Assembly (NCBI GenBank): GCA_040218735.1
Contig: JAVJQW010000049.1
Location: forward strand, 32,001-96,000
Reading direction: 5' to 3'
DNA length: 64,000 nt
DNA from: Deltaproteobacteria bacterium
GTDB lineage: Bacteria > Myxococcota > Kuafuiibacteriia > Kuafuiibacteriales > Kuafuiibacteriaceae
Shown here: positions 29,632 to 41,679 of the stretch, piece after piece
Numbering within the stretch: the stretch's first letter is position 1
How the letters are laid out: each line of letters opens with the position of its first letter
Notes under the pieces: model-generated
Databases searched by the model: none
Told to the model about the DNA's origin: nothing
Seen by the model: the letters and a program-made list of their open reading frames with translations, nothing else
Translations under genes and position numbers: made by a program

Positions 29632-30690
29632 ATGGCGAACATCGCGCAAGCACTTCGAATGGCCCTGCACGTCGGCGAGACCCGCCTCGGCGTCACCGAC
29701 GTCTTCGGTGAGGACGTCGGCCCGCCGCTCGGCGGCGTCTTCACCGCGACGCAGGGGCTCACCACGACCTGGAACTCCCCGCTCGACGAACGCGGCATCG
29801 TCGGCACCGCGTTCGGCCTCGCGCTCGCGGGCCAGCGCGCCGTCGCCGAGATCCAGTTCGTCGACTACATCTACAACACGATCGATCTGCTGAAGCTCGT
29901 CGGGAACTGCCGCTGGTCCTGCAACGGCATGTTCGAGGTCCCGCTCGTCCTCATGACGCCGGTCGGCTCCGGCATCCACGGGTCGCTCTACCACTCCCAC
30001 TCGTTCGACACGTTCGCGACCCACATGCCGGGCTGGAAGGTCGTCCTCGTCTCGACCCCGCTCGACGCCTACGGCCTGATGATCAGCGCCATCCAGGATC
30101 CGAACCCGGTCATGTTCCTCTACCCGAAGGCGCTGATCCGCATCCCCGGCAGCGACAAGATCCCCGGCGAGCCGGAGGACGCGAAGGAGCTGTCGCGCCG
30201 CATCGACGCCCCCGTCGGTGCCGCCCGCGAAGGCTGGACGCCGGACTGGCCGGAGCTGCCGGACTTCTCCATCCCGATCGGGGAGGCGAAGACGATCGCC
30301 GAGGGCACCGACGTCACCTGCGTGACCTACGGACGCACCGCACCGCTCGCGAAGAAGGCCGCGGCGAAGCTCGCCGAGGAAGGCGTCTCGGTGGAGGTCA
30401 TCGACCTGCGCACGCTCGTCCCCTACGACTGGGACGCGATCGTCGCGTCCGTGAAGAAGACGCGCCGGTTCATCGCGATCAACGAGGACACCGAGGTGAC
30501 GAACTTCGGCGAGCACCTCGCGCGCCGCGTGACCGAGGAGCTGTTCTACGAGCTGGAGGCGCCGCCCAAGGTGCTCGCCGGCGCGAACACGCCCGGCATC
30601 GGGCTCGCCTGGTCACTCGAACAGGTTCAGGTGCCGCAGGCCGCCGACATCGAGCGCGCGCTGCGCGAGCTCGCGGCGATCTACGCCTGA
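29632..30690 (+). CDS. bkdA2: 2-oxoacid dehydrogenase E1 beta subunit
   Basis: FGEDVG..GGVF, PLDERGIVG, AEIQFVDY, HSHS and EVIDLRTLVP. Confidence 0.92.
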   Translation: MANIAQALRMALHVGETRLGVTDVFGEDVGPPLGGVFTATQGLTTTWNSPLDERGIVGTAFGLALAGQRAVAEIQFVDYIYNTIDLLKLVGNCRWSCNGMFEVPLVLMTPVGSGIHGSLYHSHSFDTFATHMPGWKVVLVSTPLDAYGLMISAIQDPNPVMFLYPKALIRIPGSDKIPGEPEDAKELSRRIDAPVGAAREGWTPDWPELPDFSIPIGEAKTIAEGTDVTCVTYGRTAPLAKKAAAKLAEEGVSVEVIDLRTLVPYDWDAIVASVKKTRRFIAINEDTEVTNFGEHLARRVTEELFYELEAPPKVLAGANTPGIGLAWSLEQVQVPQAADIERALRELAAIYA

Positions 30691-30700
30691 GGAGGCCGCC

Positions 30701-30994
30701 ATGAAGGACGCCACGAACGAAGCGGAGTACATCGAGAAGCTCAACGCCGCGCACGAGTTCCCGAAGATGTTCACGTTCAAGATCATCGGGAAGAACGAGC
30801 CGGAGCTGGAGCAGGGCACACGCGACGCGATTCGCGCGATGTATCCCGACCTCGAGCCCGAGATCACGCAGCGCGCTTCGTCGAAGGGCAAGCACCTCGC
30901 GCTCACCGTGGTGATGCTCGTGCCCAACGCGGAGGCCGTCGTCGCGCTGTACCGGCGCTTCAACGAGCTACCGGGCCTGCACATGCTGATGTAG
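30701..30994 (+). CDS. DUF493 / YbeD-family protein
   Basis: EFPKMFTFKIIG...RASSKGKHLALTV; GGAGG RBS. Confidence 0.85.
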   Translation: MKDATNEAEYIEKLNAAHEFPKMFTFKIIGKNEPELEQGTRDAIRAMYPDLEPEITQRASSKGKHLALTVVMLVPNAEAVVALYRRFNELPGLHMLM

Positions 30995-31005
30995 CATTGC
31001 CGCCC

Positions 31006-32016
31006 GTGTCCGACCTGCCCAGCGTCGCCATCATCATGCCCGCGTACAACGCGTCGCATCTGCTCGGCCGTTCGCTCACCGCCGCCCTCGTCGCCGCGAA
31101 GGACCAGAAGGTCCTCGTCGTGGACCCCGGCTCCACCGACGACACCGCGGACGTCGCGCGCAACATCGGCGCGGACGTCATCCGGCTCGAAAAGCGCGCC
31201 GGCCCCGCGCACGCGCGCAACGTCGGCGTGCGCCACGTCGACACCGACATCGTCCTGTTCATCGACTCCGACTGCGTCGCGCACCCGGACGTCGTCGACC
31301 GCGTCCGCGAAGCGTTCCAGGACCCCGAGCTCGTCAGCCTCACCGGGTCCTACGACGACACCCCGCCCGAGCAGAACTTCTTCTCGCTGTACATGAACCT
31401 GCGCCACCACTTCACGCACCAGCGCGCGAACACCGAGGACGCCTCGTTCTGGGCGGGCTGCGGTGCGGTGCGGCGCACGGTCTACGAGCAGATCGGCGGG
31501 TTCGACGCCGAGCAGTTCCCGATGCCGATGATCGAGGACATCGAGCTGGGGTTGAGGCTGCGCCCGAAGGGCAAGACGCGCCTCGACCCGAAGCTGCACG
31601 TCACGCACCTGAAGAAGTGGACGTTCAAGAGCGTCGTCTCCACGGACATCAAGAACCGCGCGATCCCGTGGACGCGCCTGATCCTCGCGACCGGTCAGAT
31701 GCCGAACGACCTGAACCTCAGGCTCTCGCAGCGCGTCGCCGCCGCGCTCGCGCCGTTTGTGCTCGGCGGCCTCGCCGTCGCGCCGCCGCTGTTCCTGACC
31801 GGCATGTTCCCGCTCGGCGCCGCCGCGCTCGCGCCCGCCGCGGTGTCGGCCGTGATGCACTCCGAGATGATCGGCTGGTGCAACCAGGTCCGCGGGCCGT
31901 CGTTCGCCGCGCGCTTCTGGCTCTTCCACCAGGTGCACCTCGTCTACTCCGCCGCGACGTTTGTGTGGTGCCAGCTCGAGCACCGCATCCGTCCGCGCAC
32001 GGCCGCGGCGACCTGA
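31006..32016 (+). CDS. Glycosyltransferase family 2
   Basis: IIMPAYN, VVDPGSTD, GPAHARN, FIDSD, GGFD...IEDIEL; C-terminal TM. Confidence 0.92.
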   Translation: MSDLPSVAIIMPAYNASHLLGRSLTAALVAAKDQKVLVVDPGSTDDTADVARNIGADVIRLEKRAGPAHARNVGVRHVDTDIVLFIDSDCVAHPDVVDRVREAFQDPELVSLTGSYDDTPPEQNFFSLYMNLRHHFTHQRANTEDASFWAGCGAVRRTVYEQIGGFDAEQFPMPMIEDIELGLRLRPKGKTRLDPKLHVTHLKKWTFKSVVSTDIKNRAIPWTRLILATGQMPNDLNLRLSQRVAAALAPFVLGGLAVAPPLFLTGMFPLGAAALAPAAVSAVMHSEMIGWCNQVRGPSFAARFWLFHQVHLVYSAATFVWCQLEHRIRPRTAAAT

Positions 32017-34217
32017 TGCGCCGCGCGGTCGTCGCGCTCGCGCTCGCACTCGCGCTCGCACTCGCGCTGTACGGCTGCCCGTCCGACGTCGGCCCGGTCG
32101 ACCCGACCGCTTACGCGAGCTGCAACGGGCGCTGCGTCGTCGCGTTCGACGTCCCCTACGACTGCGACGGCCCACCGCCGCTCGACCGCGCCGTCGCTGT
32201 GGCGGCCGTGCAGCGCTCCAACTACCAAGCCGCCGTCGGCGGTGAGCCCTGTCGCTACGACGACCCGTTCCTCGACGCCCGCTTCGGCCCGACGTGCATC
32301 GACGGGACGTGCACGCTGACCCGCGACGACACCAACACCGGGGTCGTGTGCCAGCGCGACGAGGATTGTGGCGCGGGGTACCGCTGCCTCGACGTCGAGG
32401 GGTACGCGGACCCGGTCTGCGTCGCGGTCGAGGAGGTGACGTGCACGCCCGAGCCCGTCGCGACGCCGTCGTCACCCGAGCTCCCGCTGCCGACGACGAG
32501 GCCGTTCGAGACGGCGCCCATCTGTAACGGTCAACTCGCTCACCTGGGCCCCGACTTCGCCTGTGCACGCGTGGGCTCCGAGTGCGCCGAAGACGGTTGG
32601 CCGACGAACCTCCCGGCCGGCGCCGTCTTCGTGGACCCGACCGCTTCCGGTGACGGCACCCGCGCGACGCCGTTCGGTACGCTCGACGAGGCGTTGGCGT
32701 CCACCGCCGGCGTCATCGCGCTGCGCACCGGCGACCACGTCGTCACGTCGATCCAACGTGACGTCCAGATTGTCGGCGCGTGTGCCCGGGGCGTGCAGCT
32801 GCGCGGTGACCTCGACGTGGTGCGGGGCACTGTCGCGCTCCGCGAGGTCACCACCGAGGGGGTGAGGGTCCGCGCAGCGGCGACGGTAGCGATCGAGGAC
32901 GTGACGATGACCGGAGGCGTCGAGGTGCACGGAGCCGCGACGATCCTGCGGTCGTTGTCGACCGGCGCCGACGCCCGCGGGGTGTTGGTGACCGGGTCCG
33001 CCTCCATCGAGCGGTCGGAGATTCGCGACGCTACGGACGAGGGCCTGAGGGTCGAAGCGGCGCAGGCGACGCTCACCGGCGTGTGGATCGGCGGGACGCG
33101 GAGCGTCGAGGAGGACTTCTCCGAGGTGACCATCACCGGGACGAGCGCGGTCACGCTGCGGGACGTACGCGTGGTGGGGTCGAGCTTCGGCGTCGTCCTC
33201 CTGGGCGGGCAGGTCGTGGCGCAGCGCTTGGCGATCGTGCGCGGCACGCAGGCGATCCTCGCGCGGCTCGGCGCCCAGCTCATCGCCCAGACCCTCGACA
33301 TCTTCGGCGTCGATCGAGGTTTGCTGCTCCTCGACGGTGAGGTCGAAATCGAGGATGCCGCGATCCGCGACGTCGATCGCGGGATTCATGTCCTCGCGAT
33401 GACCGAACCGGCGGTGCTTCGCCTGAGAAGGAGCTCGATCCGAGCACGCGAGGAGGGGATCGTCTCGGCCAACGAGCTCGCCACGGTCGCGGTCGAAGAC
33501 GTCGAGCTCCGGGGCCCGATGAGAGCGGCGTTCAGCGTGCAGTTCGGGAGCCTGCAGGCGGTCCGCGTCTTGGTCGAGGACGCAGAACACGGCGCCTTCG
33601 TGTACGGCGGCGACACCACGTTCATCGACCTCACGATGACCGACGTAACGCGAGGCATCGAGGTCGTCGAAGACGGCCGGCTCACCGTCGAACGCGCGCA
33701 CGTTCAGCGCGTCGACGTCGCCGGATTCATCGCAGCGCTGGGCGCGGTGGCCCAGCTCTCGGACGTCGAGGTCATCGAAGGCTCCGGCAACGCCGAGGGA
33801 GAGTTCGGGCGCGCGGTCGCCGTCGAGAGCCAAGCACGAATGAGCGTCCTGCGCGGGCGGTTCATCCGCACGCGGGAGGTCGCCGCGACCGCGCTGCACC
33901 CGGGCTCGCAGCTGTTGCTTCAGGACGTGATCATCGACGAGACGCGGCCGCGGGCGTGCTGCGCCGAGCTCGGTGTCGGCGTCGGGGCCTACGACGGCGC
34001 TTCGGCGGAGCTCATGGGCTTCGATATCTCCGCGCCCCTCGCGTGTCTGCAGGAGGGGAACGGCGGGCGGGTCGCCGGGAGCACGGGCACACTCCGGGAC
34101 TGCATCGTCGGTCACTACATCGACGAGAGCCCGCCGCTCACCGACGTTTGTCACGTGGACGTGATGGCGCGGACGAACGTCGCCGGGATCGAAGTCCCGA
34201 TCGTCTCGCTCCCGTGA
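32016..34217 (+). CDS. Cys-rich lipoprotein with right-handed beta-helix repeats
   Basis: LYGC lipobox; Cys-rich N region; VFVDPTASGDGTRATPFGTL; repetitive beta-helix rungs. Confidence 0.75.
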   Translation: MRRAVVALALALALALALYGCPSDVGPVDPTAYASCNGRCVVAFDVPYDCDGPPPLDRAVAVAAVQRSNYQAAVGGEPCRYDDPFLDARFGPTCIDGTCTLTRDDTNTGVVCQRDEDCGAGYRCLDVEGYADPVCVAVEEVTCTPEPVATPSSPELPLPTTRPFETAPICNGQLAHLGPDFACARVGSECAEDGWPTNLPAGAVFVDPTASGDGTRATPFGTLDEALASTAGVIALRTGDHVVTSIQRDVQIVGACARGVQLRGDLDVVRGTVALREVTTEGVRVRAAATVAIEDVTMTGGVEVHGAATILRSLSTGADARGVLVTGSASIERSEIRDATDEGLRVEAAQATLTGVWIGGTRSVEEDFSEVTITGTSAVTLRDVRVVGSSFGVVLLGGQVVAQRLAIVRGTQAILARLGAQLIAQTLDIFGVDRGLLLLDGEVEIEDAAIRDVDRGIHVLAMTEPAVLRLRRSSIRAREEGIVSANELATVAVEDVELRGPMRAAFSVQFGSLQAVRVLVEDAEHGAFVYGGDTTFIDLTMTDVTRGIEVVEDGRLTVERAHVQRVDVAGFIAALGAVAQLSDVEVIEGSGNAEGEFGRAVAVESQARMSVLRGRFIRTREVAATALHPGSQLLLQDVIIDETRPRACCAELGVGVGAYDGASAELMGFDISAPLACLQEGNGGRVAGSTGTLRDCIVGHYIDESPPLTDVCHVDVMARTNVAGIEVPIVSLP

Positions 34218-35146
34218 AGCGCGTGCCCCGCGGACCTCACGTACGGCGGTGGGTCGGCGTCATCGCCGCGCTCGCGGCGCTCGTCGCGCCGCTCGCGTAC
34301 GTCGGCTTCACCCCGGGTGCGCTCGTCCTCTCCGTCGCGCGTCACCTGTCGGTGTTGTTCGCGCTCGTCGGCGTGCTCGCGGTGGTGCACCGGGAGTGGC
34401 GAACCGCGCTCCTCGTCGCGCTCGCGTGTGTCGGGTTGTGGCTGCCGTGGTGGATCGCGTCGGTGCCGACGGTCGAGGTCGCGGCGCCGACGTCGCCGTG
34501 TCGGCGGCTCTTCGTCGGCAACGTCTTCGAGCGGAACGTCGAGCCGACCGACGCCATCCGCGCCTCGCTCGACGCCGCCCGCGCCGACGTCACGCTGCTG
34601 ATCGAGCCGCGCCCGGACCTCGTCGCCGAGCTCGCTCGGACCGCGACGGTGATCCTCCACCACGACGCCGAGGCGAAGTTCGATCTCGCCGCGCTCGTCG
34701 TCGACCGCACCTTCGTACGCGCGTCCCGGCTGCACACGTTCGAAGGCACGGGGAGCGTGGTGGGGGAGGTCGAGCTCGCCTGCGAGGTCCCGGTGTCTGT
34801 CTTCTTCGTGCACATCCCGGCGCCGACCGTGCCGCACCAGCAGCGCGCGCGCTGGCACATGAAGGACGCGCTCGCGGCGATCGTGAGGGCGCGCGAGCAC
34901 GTCGTCGTCGCGGGGGACTTCAACGCGACGCCGCCGAGCCCGGTGCTTCGGGATCTCGCGGCCGGCGCCGAGCTCGTGCGGGTGACTTCGGGCGCGACGT
35001 GGCCGGTCCGCTCCGGACCCGTCGGCGTTCCGATCGATCACGTCTTCGTGCGCGGGGTCGACGTTCGCGTCGAACGCCACAGCGTGGCCGGCTCGGACCA
35101 CGCGGGGTACATCGTCGAGGTCAGTCCTCGACGACGTGGCCCTTGA
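34214..35146 (+). CDS. Membrane-anchored endonuclease/exonuclease/phosphatase (EEP) family protein
   Basis: N-terminal TMs; VAGDFNATP, PIDHVFV and GSDH. Confidence 0.88.
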   Translation: MKRVPRGPHVRRWVGVIAALAALVAPLAYVGFTPGALVLSVARHLSVLFALVGVLAVVHREWRTALLVALACVGLWLPWWIASVPTVEVAAPTSPCRRLFVGNVFERNVEPTDAIRASLDAARADVTLLIEPRPDLVAELARTATVILHHDAEAKFDLAALVVDRTFVRASRLHTFEGTGSVVGEVELACEVPVSVFFVHIPAPTVPHQQRARWHMKDALAAIVRAREHVVVAGDFNATPPSPVLRDLAAGAELVRVTSGATWPVRSGPVGVPIDHVFVRGVDVRVERHSVAGSDHAGYIVEVSPRRRGP

Positions 35147-36530
35147 ACACCTCGCGGAAGCCGGCCCACTTGTGGCGGTCGAAGCCGCGGTCCGACACAC
35201 ACTCGACGGCGCAGTAGGCCATGAACAGCGCGTGGTGGAGGTTGTCGTGGGCGAAGAGGCCCTGGCGCCCGAACGTGAGGAAGCCGTCGAGGTCGCTCAC
35301 GAACTGGTCGAGCGCGGTGAGCGGTCGGTCGTACCCCTTCAGGTAGATCGGGTACGCCTGCGGGAGCCGCTTCGTGAACACCTGCTTCGGCGGGTGCGGG
35401 ACGTGCAGATCCGCCCGGGCCATGTCTTCGACGAGGAGCTTGCCGAGGTCCTCGTCGCTCATGGTCCACAACGCGTCGCCGAGGTCGCAGGGGATCTCGG
35501 CGCACAGCACCGTGCTGCCGTTGGGTGCGGTGTGGCCGTAGTAGTTCTTCGGCTCCGAGAGGCGCGTCATCTTGACGTTCTCTTCGGGGAAGTAGTGCGC
35601 GTCCGTCGCGTGGAACTGCTGCACGTCGAACTGGGCGTAGACCAACACCATCGCGCGGTAGTCGATCTGATCGATCGCGTCCGTGATCGTGTGCGGCGCG
35701 GCGGGGGACATCATCTTCGTCGCGAGCGTGACCGGGATGGTCGACCACACCTGGTCGGCCTCGATCGAGCGTGGCCCGTCGGCGTTCTTCACCTCCACGG
35801 TCCAGCGCCCGCCGCCTTCGGTGGGGCGCTTCAGCGCGCTGACCTCGGTGGAGGTGAGTAGCTCGGCGCCCGCGTCCTTCGCGGCGCGCGCGAACGCGCC
35901 GCTGATCTGCCCGTAGCCCTCCTTGGGGTAGTAGAAGCGCCCTGCGCCCGGCGGCTTGAGGACCTTCTTCACGAGCTTCGCGAACGTCCCGCTCGACACA
36001 CGTTTGTACGCCTGGATGTCCGAGAGGACCTCGGGCTCGCGGCCCCACATCTTGCGCGCGTACGGGAAGTAGAAGTGCTCGCAGATCGTCGGCCCGAGGT
36101 TGGCCTCGAGCACCGACGCAAACGTGTCGCCGGGATCCTTCTTGCCGGGGAGGGCGCCGCGCGCCATGTCGGTCGCGGCGCCGACGGCGAAGCGTTTGTC
36201 CAGCGAGAGGAAGAGGTCCTTCGCCTGGAGCGGGAACTTCACCCACTTGCCGCGGAGGCGGATGCGGCCGTTGCGCGGGCGGTCGGCGAGGTCGCCGGCG
36301 AGGAGGCGTTGGATGTCCGCGAGGATGTTCGCGTGACACGCGGAGTGGAGGCGGTGGCTCCCGTAGTCGAGGTGCTGTCCGCACGCGTCGAAGCTGCCGG
36401 CGTTGCCGCCGAAGCCCTCGTTCCGTTCGACGAGCGTGACCGTCGCGCGGTCCGACTGCCGGAGTTTGTACGCGGCGCCGACACCCGCCGGACCTCCGCC
36501 GAGCACGACGACGTGCGGCTTCCCCATCAC
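35121..36530 (-). CDS. FAD-dependent oxidoreductase (HemY/UDP-galactopyranose-mutase-like)
   Basis: VLGGGPAG, DYGSHRLH, AYPIY and GRQGLFAHDNLHH. Confidence 0.85.
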   Translation of the reverse strand: MMGKPHVVVLGGGPAGVGAAYKLRQSDRATVTLVERNEGFGGNAGSFDACGQHLDYGSHRLHSACHANILADIQRLLAGDLADRPRNGRIRLRGKWVKFPLQAKDLFLSLDKRFAVGAATDMARGALPGKKDPGDTFASVLEANLGPTICEHFYFPYARKMWGREPEVLSDIQAYKRVSSGTFAKLVKKVLKPPGAGRFYYPKEGYGQISGAFARAAKDAGAELLTSTEVSALKRPTEGGGRWTVEVKNADGPRSIEADQVWSTIPVTLATKMMSPAAPHTITDAIDQIDYRAMVLVYAQFDVQQFHATDAHYFPEENVKMTRLSEPKNYYGHTAPNGSTVLCAEIPCDLGDALWTMSDEDLGKLLVEDMARADLHVPHPPKQVFTKRLPQAYPIYLKGYDRPLTALDQFVSDLDGFLTFGRQGLFAHDNLHHALFMAYCAVECVSDRGFDRHKWAGFREVFKGHVVED

Positions 36531-36552
36531 GGCTCGCGTAACACCAAACTTT

Positions 36553-38385
36553 TCAGAGCGCGACCAGGTCGCGGCAGGTCACGGCCTCGGGCTCCGTCGC
36601 GCCGAGCCGCGTGTACAGGCAGAGCGTATGCAGACCCTCCGCGACGGATACACCGATGTCGACGGTGCCGCTCCCGGGGATCGCGGCCTGCGTGCGCCCG
36701 CCGTTGTCGAGCGCGTACTCGAACGTGAGGCCCGCCGCGCCGACGACCGTGAACGTCGCCGCGCCGACCGGTAACAACACCTGCGTGGCTTCGGCCCAGG
36801 CGGGGGCGCGGGTGAACACCGCCGGTGTGACCATGAGGCCCGCGACGGTGGGGGCGTCGATGCGTACGAACCCGTCGCCGCCGTCGCCGCCCACGCCGTC
36901 CGCGCAGCTGTAACCGAGGCCCCCGGCGCCGCCGGTGACGTCGATCGTGCCGGTGAAGGTCGCGTCGCGCGCGCGGAGGAGGATCGCGCCGCCCGCGCCG
37001 CCGCCTCCCGCCGTCGCCGCCGCGACGCAGCCGAGCCCGGTCACGAGATCCACGCCGACGCCCCCCTGCGCGGAGAGTGTGCCGGTGAGGCTGAGCGTCG
37101 AGCGTGCGCGCAGCTCGAGCACACCGCCGCCGCCGGCCCCGGTCGAGCCCTGTCCGCCGCCGCCGCCGCCGCCGCCGTGCGCCGACAGCGGGATGAGGAA
37201 CGCGTTGACGTTGGTCGCGGGGGTCCCGCCCGACGCGAAGCCGCCGCCGCCGTCACCGCCCGCCGTGCGGTTCGCGCCGCCGGCGCCGCCGCTCGCCGCG
37301 AGGAGGCCCGCGACGCCGGCGCGCCCCTCGGCGCCGCCCTTGGGCGGACACGGCGCCGCCTGGCGTGTGCCTCCGCCTTGGCATCCGGCCGGGCCCGCGG
37401 TGCGGTTGGTATGGCCGTCGACGCGCACCGTGCCGTCGATCGTGACGGGGCCGTTGGCGTCGAGCACCGCAGGGCCGTTGGTGGTGACCGTGAGGACCGC
37501 GCCGGCGGCGACGTCGATGCGCGCGTAGCGAGCGCGTGGGTTGGCGAGCGTGGTCATCGAAGTGACGTCGAGCTCGTCGCGTCCGATCAGGAGCGTCGTC
37601 TGCGTGGCCTGTGCGGCGCCGTTGGCGACCGAGATCGCGATCGCGCGCGTGTCACCCTCGTCGAGGGTGGTGTCGACGCCGACGTCGAGCACCGCGGCCG
37701 CGCGTGTGCCGGCGGCGTTTACTGCGGACGTGAGCACGTCGATCGTCGGGTCCGACACGACCACGCTCCCGCCGGGCGGGAGCAGCACGCCGGTGATCCA
37801 CACCGGCACGCCACGCGCGCCGTCTTCGAGCATCCCGGAGCCGAAGACGATCTGCGTGATCTGAGGGACCCCACCGTCGCGCAGGCCGCCGTCACGGAAG
37901 CCGGCGTCGACCTGACCGGCGTCCACCGCGCCGCCGTCGCGCGGGGTCGGGGTGCCGCCGTCACGCGGGGGGGCGTCGCCGCCGTCGCGTGGGGTGTTGA
38001 TGCCGCCGTCGCGCGGGTCTTCGCCGCCGTCGCGTGGTTCTTCGCCGCCGCCGTCGCGGGGATCTTCGCCTCCATCGCGCGGCGTATCTTCGCCGCCGTC
38101 CCGCAACGCGCCGGCATCGCGCTCCGGTCCGCCGTCGCCCGCGTCGCGCGCCGCGCCGCCGTCGCGTTCGCCGCCGTCGAGCACGCCGCCGTCGCCGGCT
38201 TCGTCGCCGCCGTCGCGGGGCGTGAGCCCGGAGTCACGGAGGTCGTCGCCCCCGTCCCGCGGTGCAGCATCACCTGCGTCGCGGTCCGCGGTGACGCCAC
38301 GGAAACGATCCCCGTCGATCGCGAGCGAGCAACCGCTCGCGAAGACGAGCGCGGATCCGAGGGCAACGAGTACAGAAGCGCGCAC
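36553..38385 (-). CDS. Lipoprotein with RDGG low-complexity repeats and Gly-rich domain
   Basis: ASGC lipobox; more than 12 RDGG/RDAG units; GGGGAGG-rich beta-roll-like region. Confidence 0.75.
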   Translation of the reverse strand: MRASVLVALGSALVFASGCSLAIDGDRFRGVTADRDAGDAAPRDGGDDLRDSGLTPRDGGDEAGDGGVLDGGERDGGAARDAGDGGPERDAGALRDGGEDTPRDGGEDPRDGGGEEPRDGGEDPRDGGINTPRDGGDAPPRDGGTPTPRDGGAVDAGQVDAGFRDGGLRDGGVPQITQIVFGSGMLEDGARGVPVWITGVLLPPGGSVVVSDPTIDVLTSAVNAAGTRAAAVLDVGVDTTLDEGDTRAIAISVANGAAQATQTTLLIGRDELDVTSMTTLANPRARYARIDVAAGAVLTVTTNGPAVLDANGPVTIDGTVRVDGHTNRTAGPAGCQGGGTRQAAPCPPKGGAEGRAGVAGLLAASGGAGGANRTAGGDGGGGFASGGTPATNVNAFLIPLSAHGGGGGGGGQGSTGAGGGGVLELRARSTLSLTGTLSAQGGVGVDLVTGLGCVAAATAGGGGAGGAILLRARDATFTGTIDVTGGAGGLGYSCADGVGGDGGDGFVRIDAPTVAGLMVTPAVFTRAPAWAEATQVLLPVGAATFTVVGAAGLTFEYALDNGGRTQAAIPGSGTVDIGVSVAEGLHTLCLYTRLGATEPEAVTCRDLVAL

Positions 38386-38490
38386 GGTGGAGTGCTATCG
38401 TATGCGCTTCGTGCGCCGATTCGCGACCATGGACTTGATCGAAGTTCGACCCCGTCGTACCCCCGAGGCGTCCGATCTCGGACCGAGAGC

Positions 38491-40335
38491 ATGACCGACA
38501 CGCCTGACAACACACGCGCCATCGTCATCGGTGCGGGCCCCGCCGGGCTCACCGCCGCCTACGAGATCGTCGAAGGCGGCGCGGAGGCCATCGTCTTCGA
38601 ACAAGCCCACATCGTCGGCGGGATCTCGCGAACCGATCAGTACAAGGGCTACCGGTTCGATATCGGCGGCCACCGCTTCTTCACGAAGGTGAAGATCGTC
38701 CAGGACTGGTGGATGAACATCCTGGCCGACGAGTTCCTCGTGCGGCCGCGGCTGTCGCGCATCTATTACAACGACAAGTTCTTCGACTACCCGCTCAAAC
38801 CGATGAACGCCCTTCTCGGATTGGGACCGGTCGAGGCGGTGCTCATCGGGTTTTCGTACGTCAAAGCGCAACTCTTTCCGGTGAAGCCGGAGGAGAACCT
38901 CGAGCAGTGGGTGTCGAATCGGTTCGGCAAACGCCTCTATTCGATCTTCTTCAAGACGTACACGGAGAAGGTCTGGGGCATGCCGTGCACGGAGATCGGC
39001 GCGGACTGGGCGGCGCAGCGGATCAAGAACCTCGATCTGAAGACCGCCGTGAAGAACGCGTTCCTCGGTCAGCGCGGCAGCGACGGAGAGGTCGTCACCA
39101 CGCTCATCGAAGAGTTCCACTACCCGCGGCACGGACCCGGGATGATGTGGGAACGGGTCACGGAGCTGCTCCGCGAAAAGGGCCACCCGGTGCGGATGGG
39201 CAAGCGGGTGAAGACGCTCCACCACGAGGGCGGTCGCGTCGTCGCGGTCACCGTCGTCGATCGTGAAGGCAACGCGGAGCGCCACGAGGGCACGGACTTC
39301 ATCTCGTCGATGCCGATCCGCGAGCTGCTCAACGCGTTCGATCCGCCGCCGCCGCCCGAGGTGCTCGAGGCGGCGAACAAACTCCGCTACCGCGACTTCC
39401 TCACGGTCGGGTTGATCGTCGGCAAGGAGGAGCTGTTCCCCGACAACTGGATCTACATCCACTCCGAGAAGGTGAAGGTCGGGCGCGTCCAGAACTTCAA
39501 GAACTGGAGCCCGGAGATGGTGCCCGAGGAGGGCAAGAGCTCCATCGGCCTCGAGTACTTCGTGCAGGAGAACGACGAGGTCTGGAGCGCGAAGGACGAG
39601 GACCTCATCGAGCTCGCCAAGAAGGAGATGCACACGCTCGGCTTGGTGGATGAAAAGGACGTCGAGGACGGCGTCGTCATCCGGATGCCGAAGGCGTACC
39701 CGGTCTACGATCAGGTCTACAAGGAAGCGCTGGAGGTGCTGCGCGGGTACCTCGATCCGATCGAGAACCTGCAGCTCGTGGGGCGTAACGGCCAGCACCG
39801 TTACAACAACCAGGACCACTCGATGGTCACCGCGATCTACGCGGCGCACAACGTCCTCGGTAAGCGGCGCCGCGACGTCTGGGACGTGAACGTCGAGCAG
39901 GAGTACCACGAGGAGGTCTCGGAGAACGAAGCGAAGGGCGCGACCGGTGACCGCCTGGTCCCGCAGCGCCTCGTCCTCGATCCGATGCTCGTCCTGCGGC
40001 GCGCGTTTGCGCGCTACGACCCGGTCGCGCTGGGCGGCGCGACGGGGGGCATCCTCGCCCTCGGGCTGTTCATCGCGACGGCGGCGCTGCTCATCAAGGG
40101 CGGCACCGTGGTTGGACCGCACCTGTCGCTGCTGTCGAACTATCTCCTCGGGTTCAAGGTGAGCTGGCCCGGCGCGTTCGTGGGGATGCTCGAAGCGGGT
40201 GTCATCGGGTTCGTGTTCGGCTACGTGCTGGCGTCGGTCATCAACCTCGTCGTGTCGATCCACGAGCGCGCGCTGTTGTCGCGGCTCGAACAGTCGACGG
40301 CCCTGGAATCCCTCAACCTGGAGCCCCCATCGTGA
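38491..40335 (+). CDS. FAD-dependent oxidoreductase (UGM/amine-oxidase-like) with fused C-terminal 2-TM module
   Basis: [40 protein letters not shown] and [11 protein letters not shown]. Confidence 0.9.
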   Translation: MTDTPDNTRAIVIGAGPAGLTAAYEIVEGGAEAIVFEQAHIVGGISRTDQYKGYRFDIGGHRFFTKVKIVQDWWMNILADEFLVRPRLSRIYYNDKFFDYPLKPMNALLGLGPVEAVLIGFSYVKAQLFPVKPEENLEQWVSNRFGKRLYSIFFKTYTEKVWGMPCTEIGADWAAQRIKNLDLKTAVKNAFLGQRGSDGEVVTTLIEEFHYPRHGPGMMWERVTELLREKGHPVRMGKRVKTLHHEGGRVVAVTVVDREGNAERHEGTDFISSMPIRELLNAFDPPPPPEVLEAANKLRYRDFLTVGLIVGKEELFPDNWIYIHSEKVKVGRVQNFKNWSPEMVPEEGKSSIGLEYFVQENDEVWSAKDEDLIELAKKEMHTLGLVDEKDVEDGVVIRMPKAYPVYDQVYKEALEVLRGYLDPIENLQLVGRNGQHRYNNQDHSMVTAIYAAHNVLGKRRRDVWDVNVEQEYHEEVSENEAKGATGDRLVPQRLVLDPMLVLRRAFARYDPVALGGATGGILALGLFIATAALLIKGGTVVGPHLSLLSNYLLGFKVSWPGAFVGMLEAGVIGFVFGYVLASVINLVVSIHERALLSRLEQSTALESLNLEPPS

Positions 40336-40658
40336 GCAACCAAGAGCTGACCAACAACGAGTGGCGCGAGATCGATCGCGCGATCGCGCGCCTTCGGGCG
40401 TCGGTCATGGCCGTCGTGTTCGCGATGGTCGGTGGGTTCGGCCTGTTCGTGGCGACGATGTGGCTGGTCATCCAGGGCGGCAAGGTCGTCGGACCGACGC
40501 TGTCGCTGCTGTCGAACTACTACCCGGGGTACACCGTGACGGTGGGCGGCTCGTTCATCGGGCTCGTCTACGGCGCGCTGACCGGCGCCCTCATCGGGTA
40601 CGTGTTCGCGCTCGTGTACAATCTGATCGCGGGCAAGCGGCACGGTCCAGCGGACTGA
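40332..40658 (+). CDS. Small 2-TM membrane protein
   Basis: [19 protein letters not shown]; paralogous to the C-terminus of the preceding gene. Confidence 0.8.
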   Translation: MSNQELTNNEWREIDRAIARLRASVMAVVFAMVGGFGLFVATMWLVIQGGKVVGPTLSLLSNYYPGYTVTVGGSFIGLVYGALTGALIGYVFALVYNLIAGKRHGPAD

Positions 40659-40686
40659 GCGGCGCGCCCCGGGAGGTTGTTGGGGC

Positions 40687-41670
<984 letters not shown>

Positions 41671-41679
41671 CCGCGACGT

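Noticed and set aside
32030-32069. (GCGCTC)n repeat as a phase-variation switch
   Set aside because: The hexamer unit keeps the frame and only lengthens the (AL)n signal-peptide core
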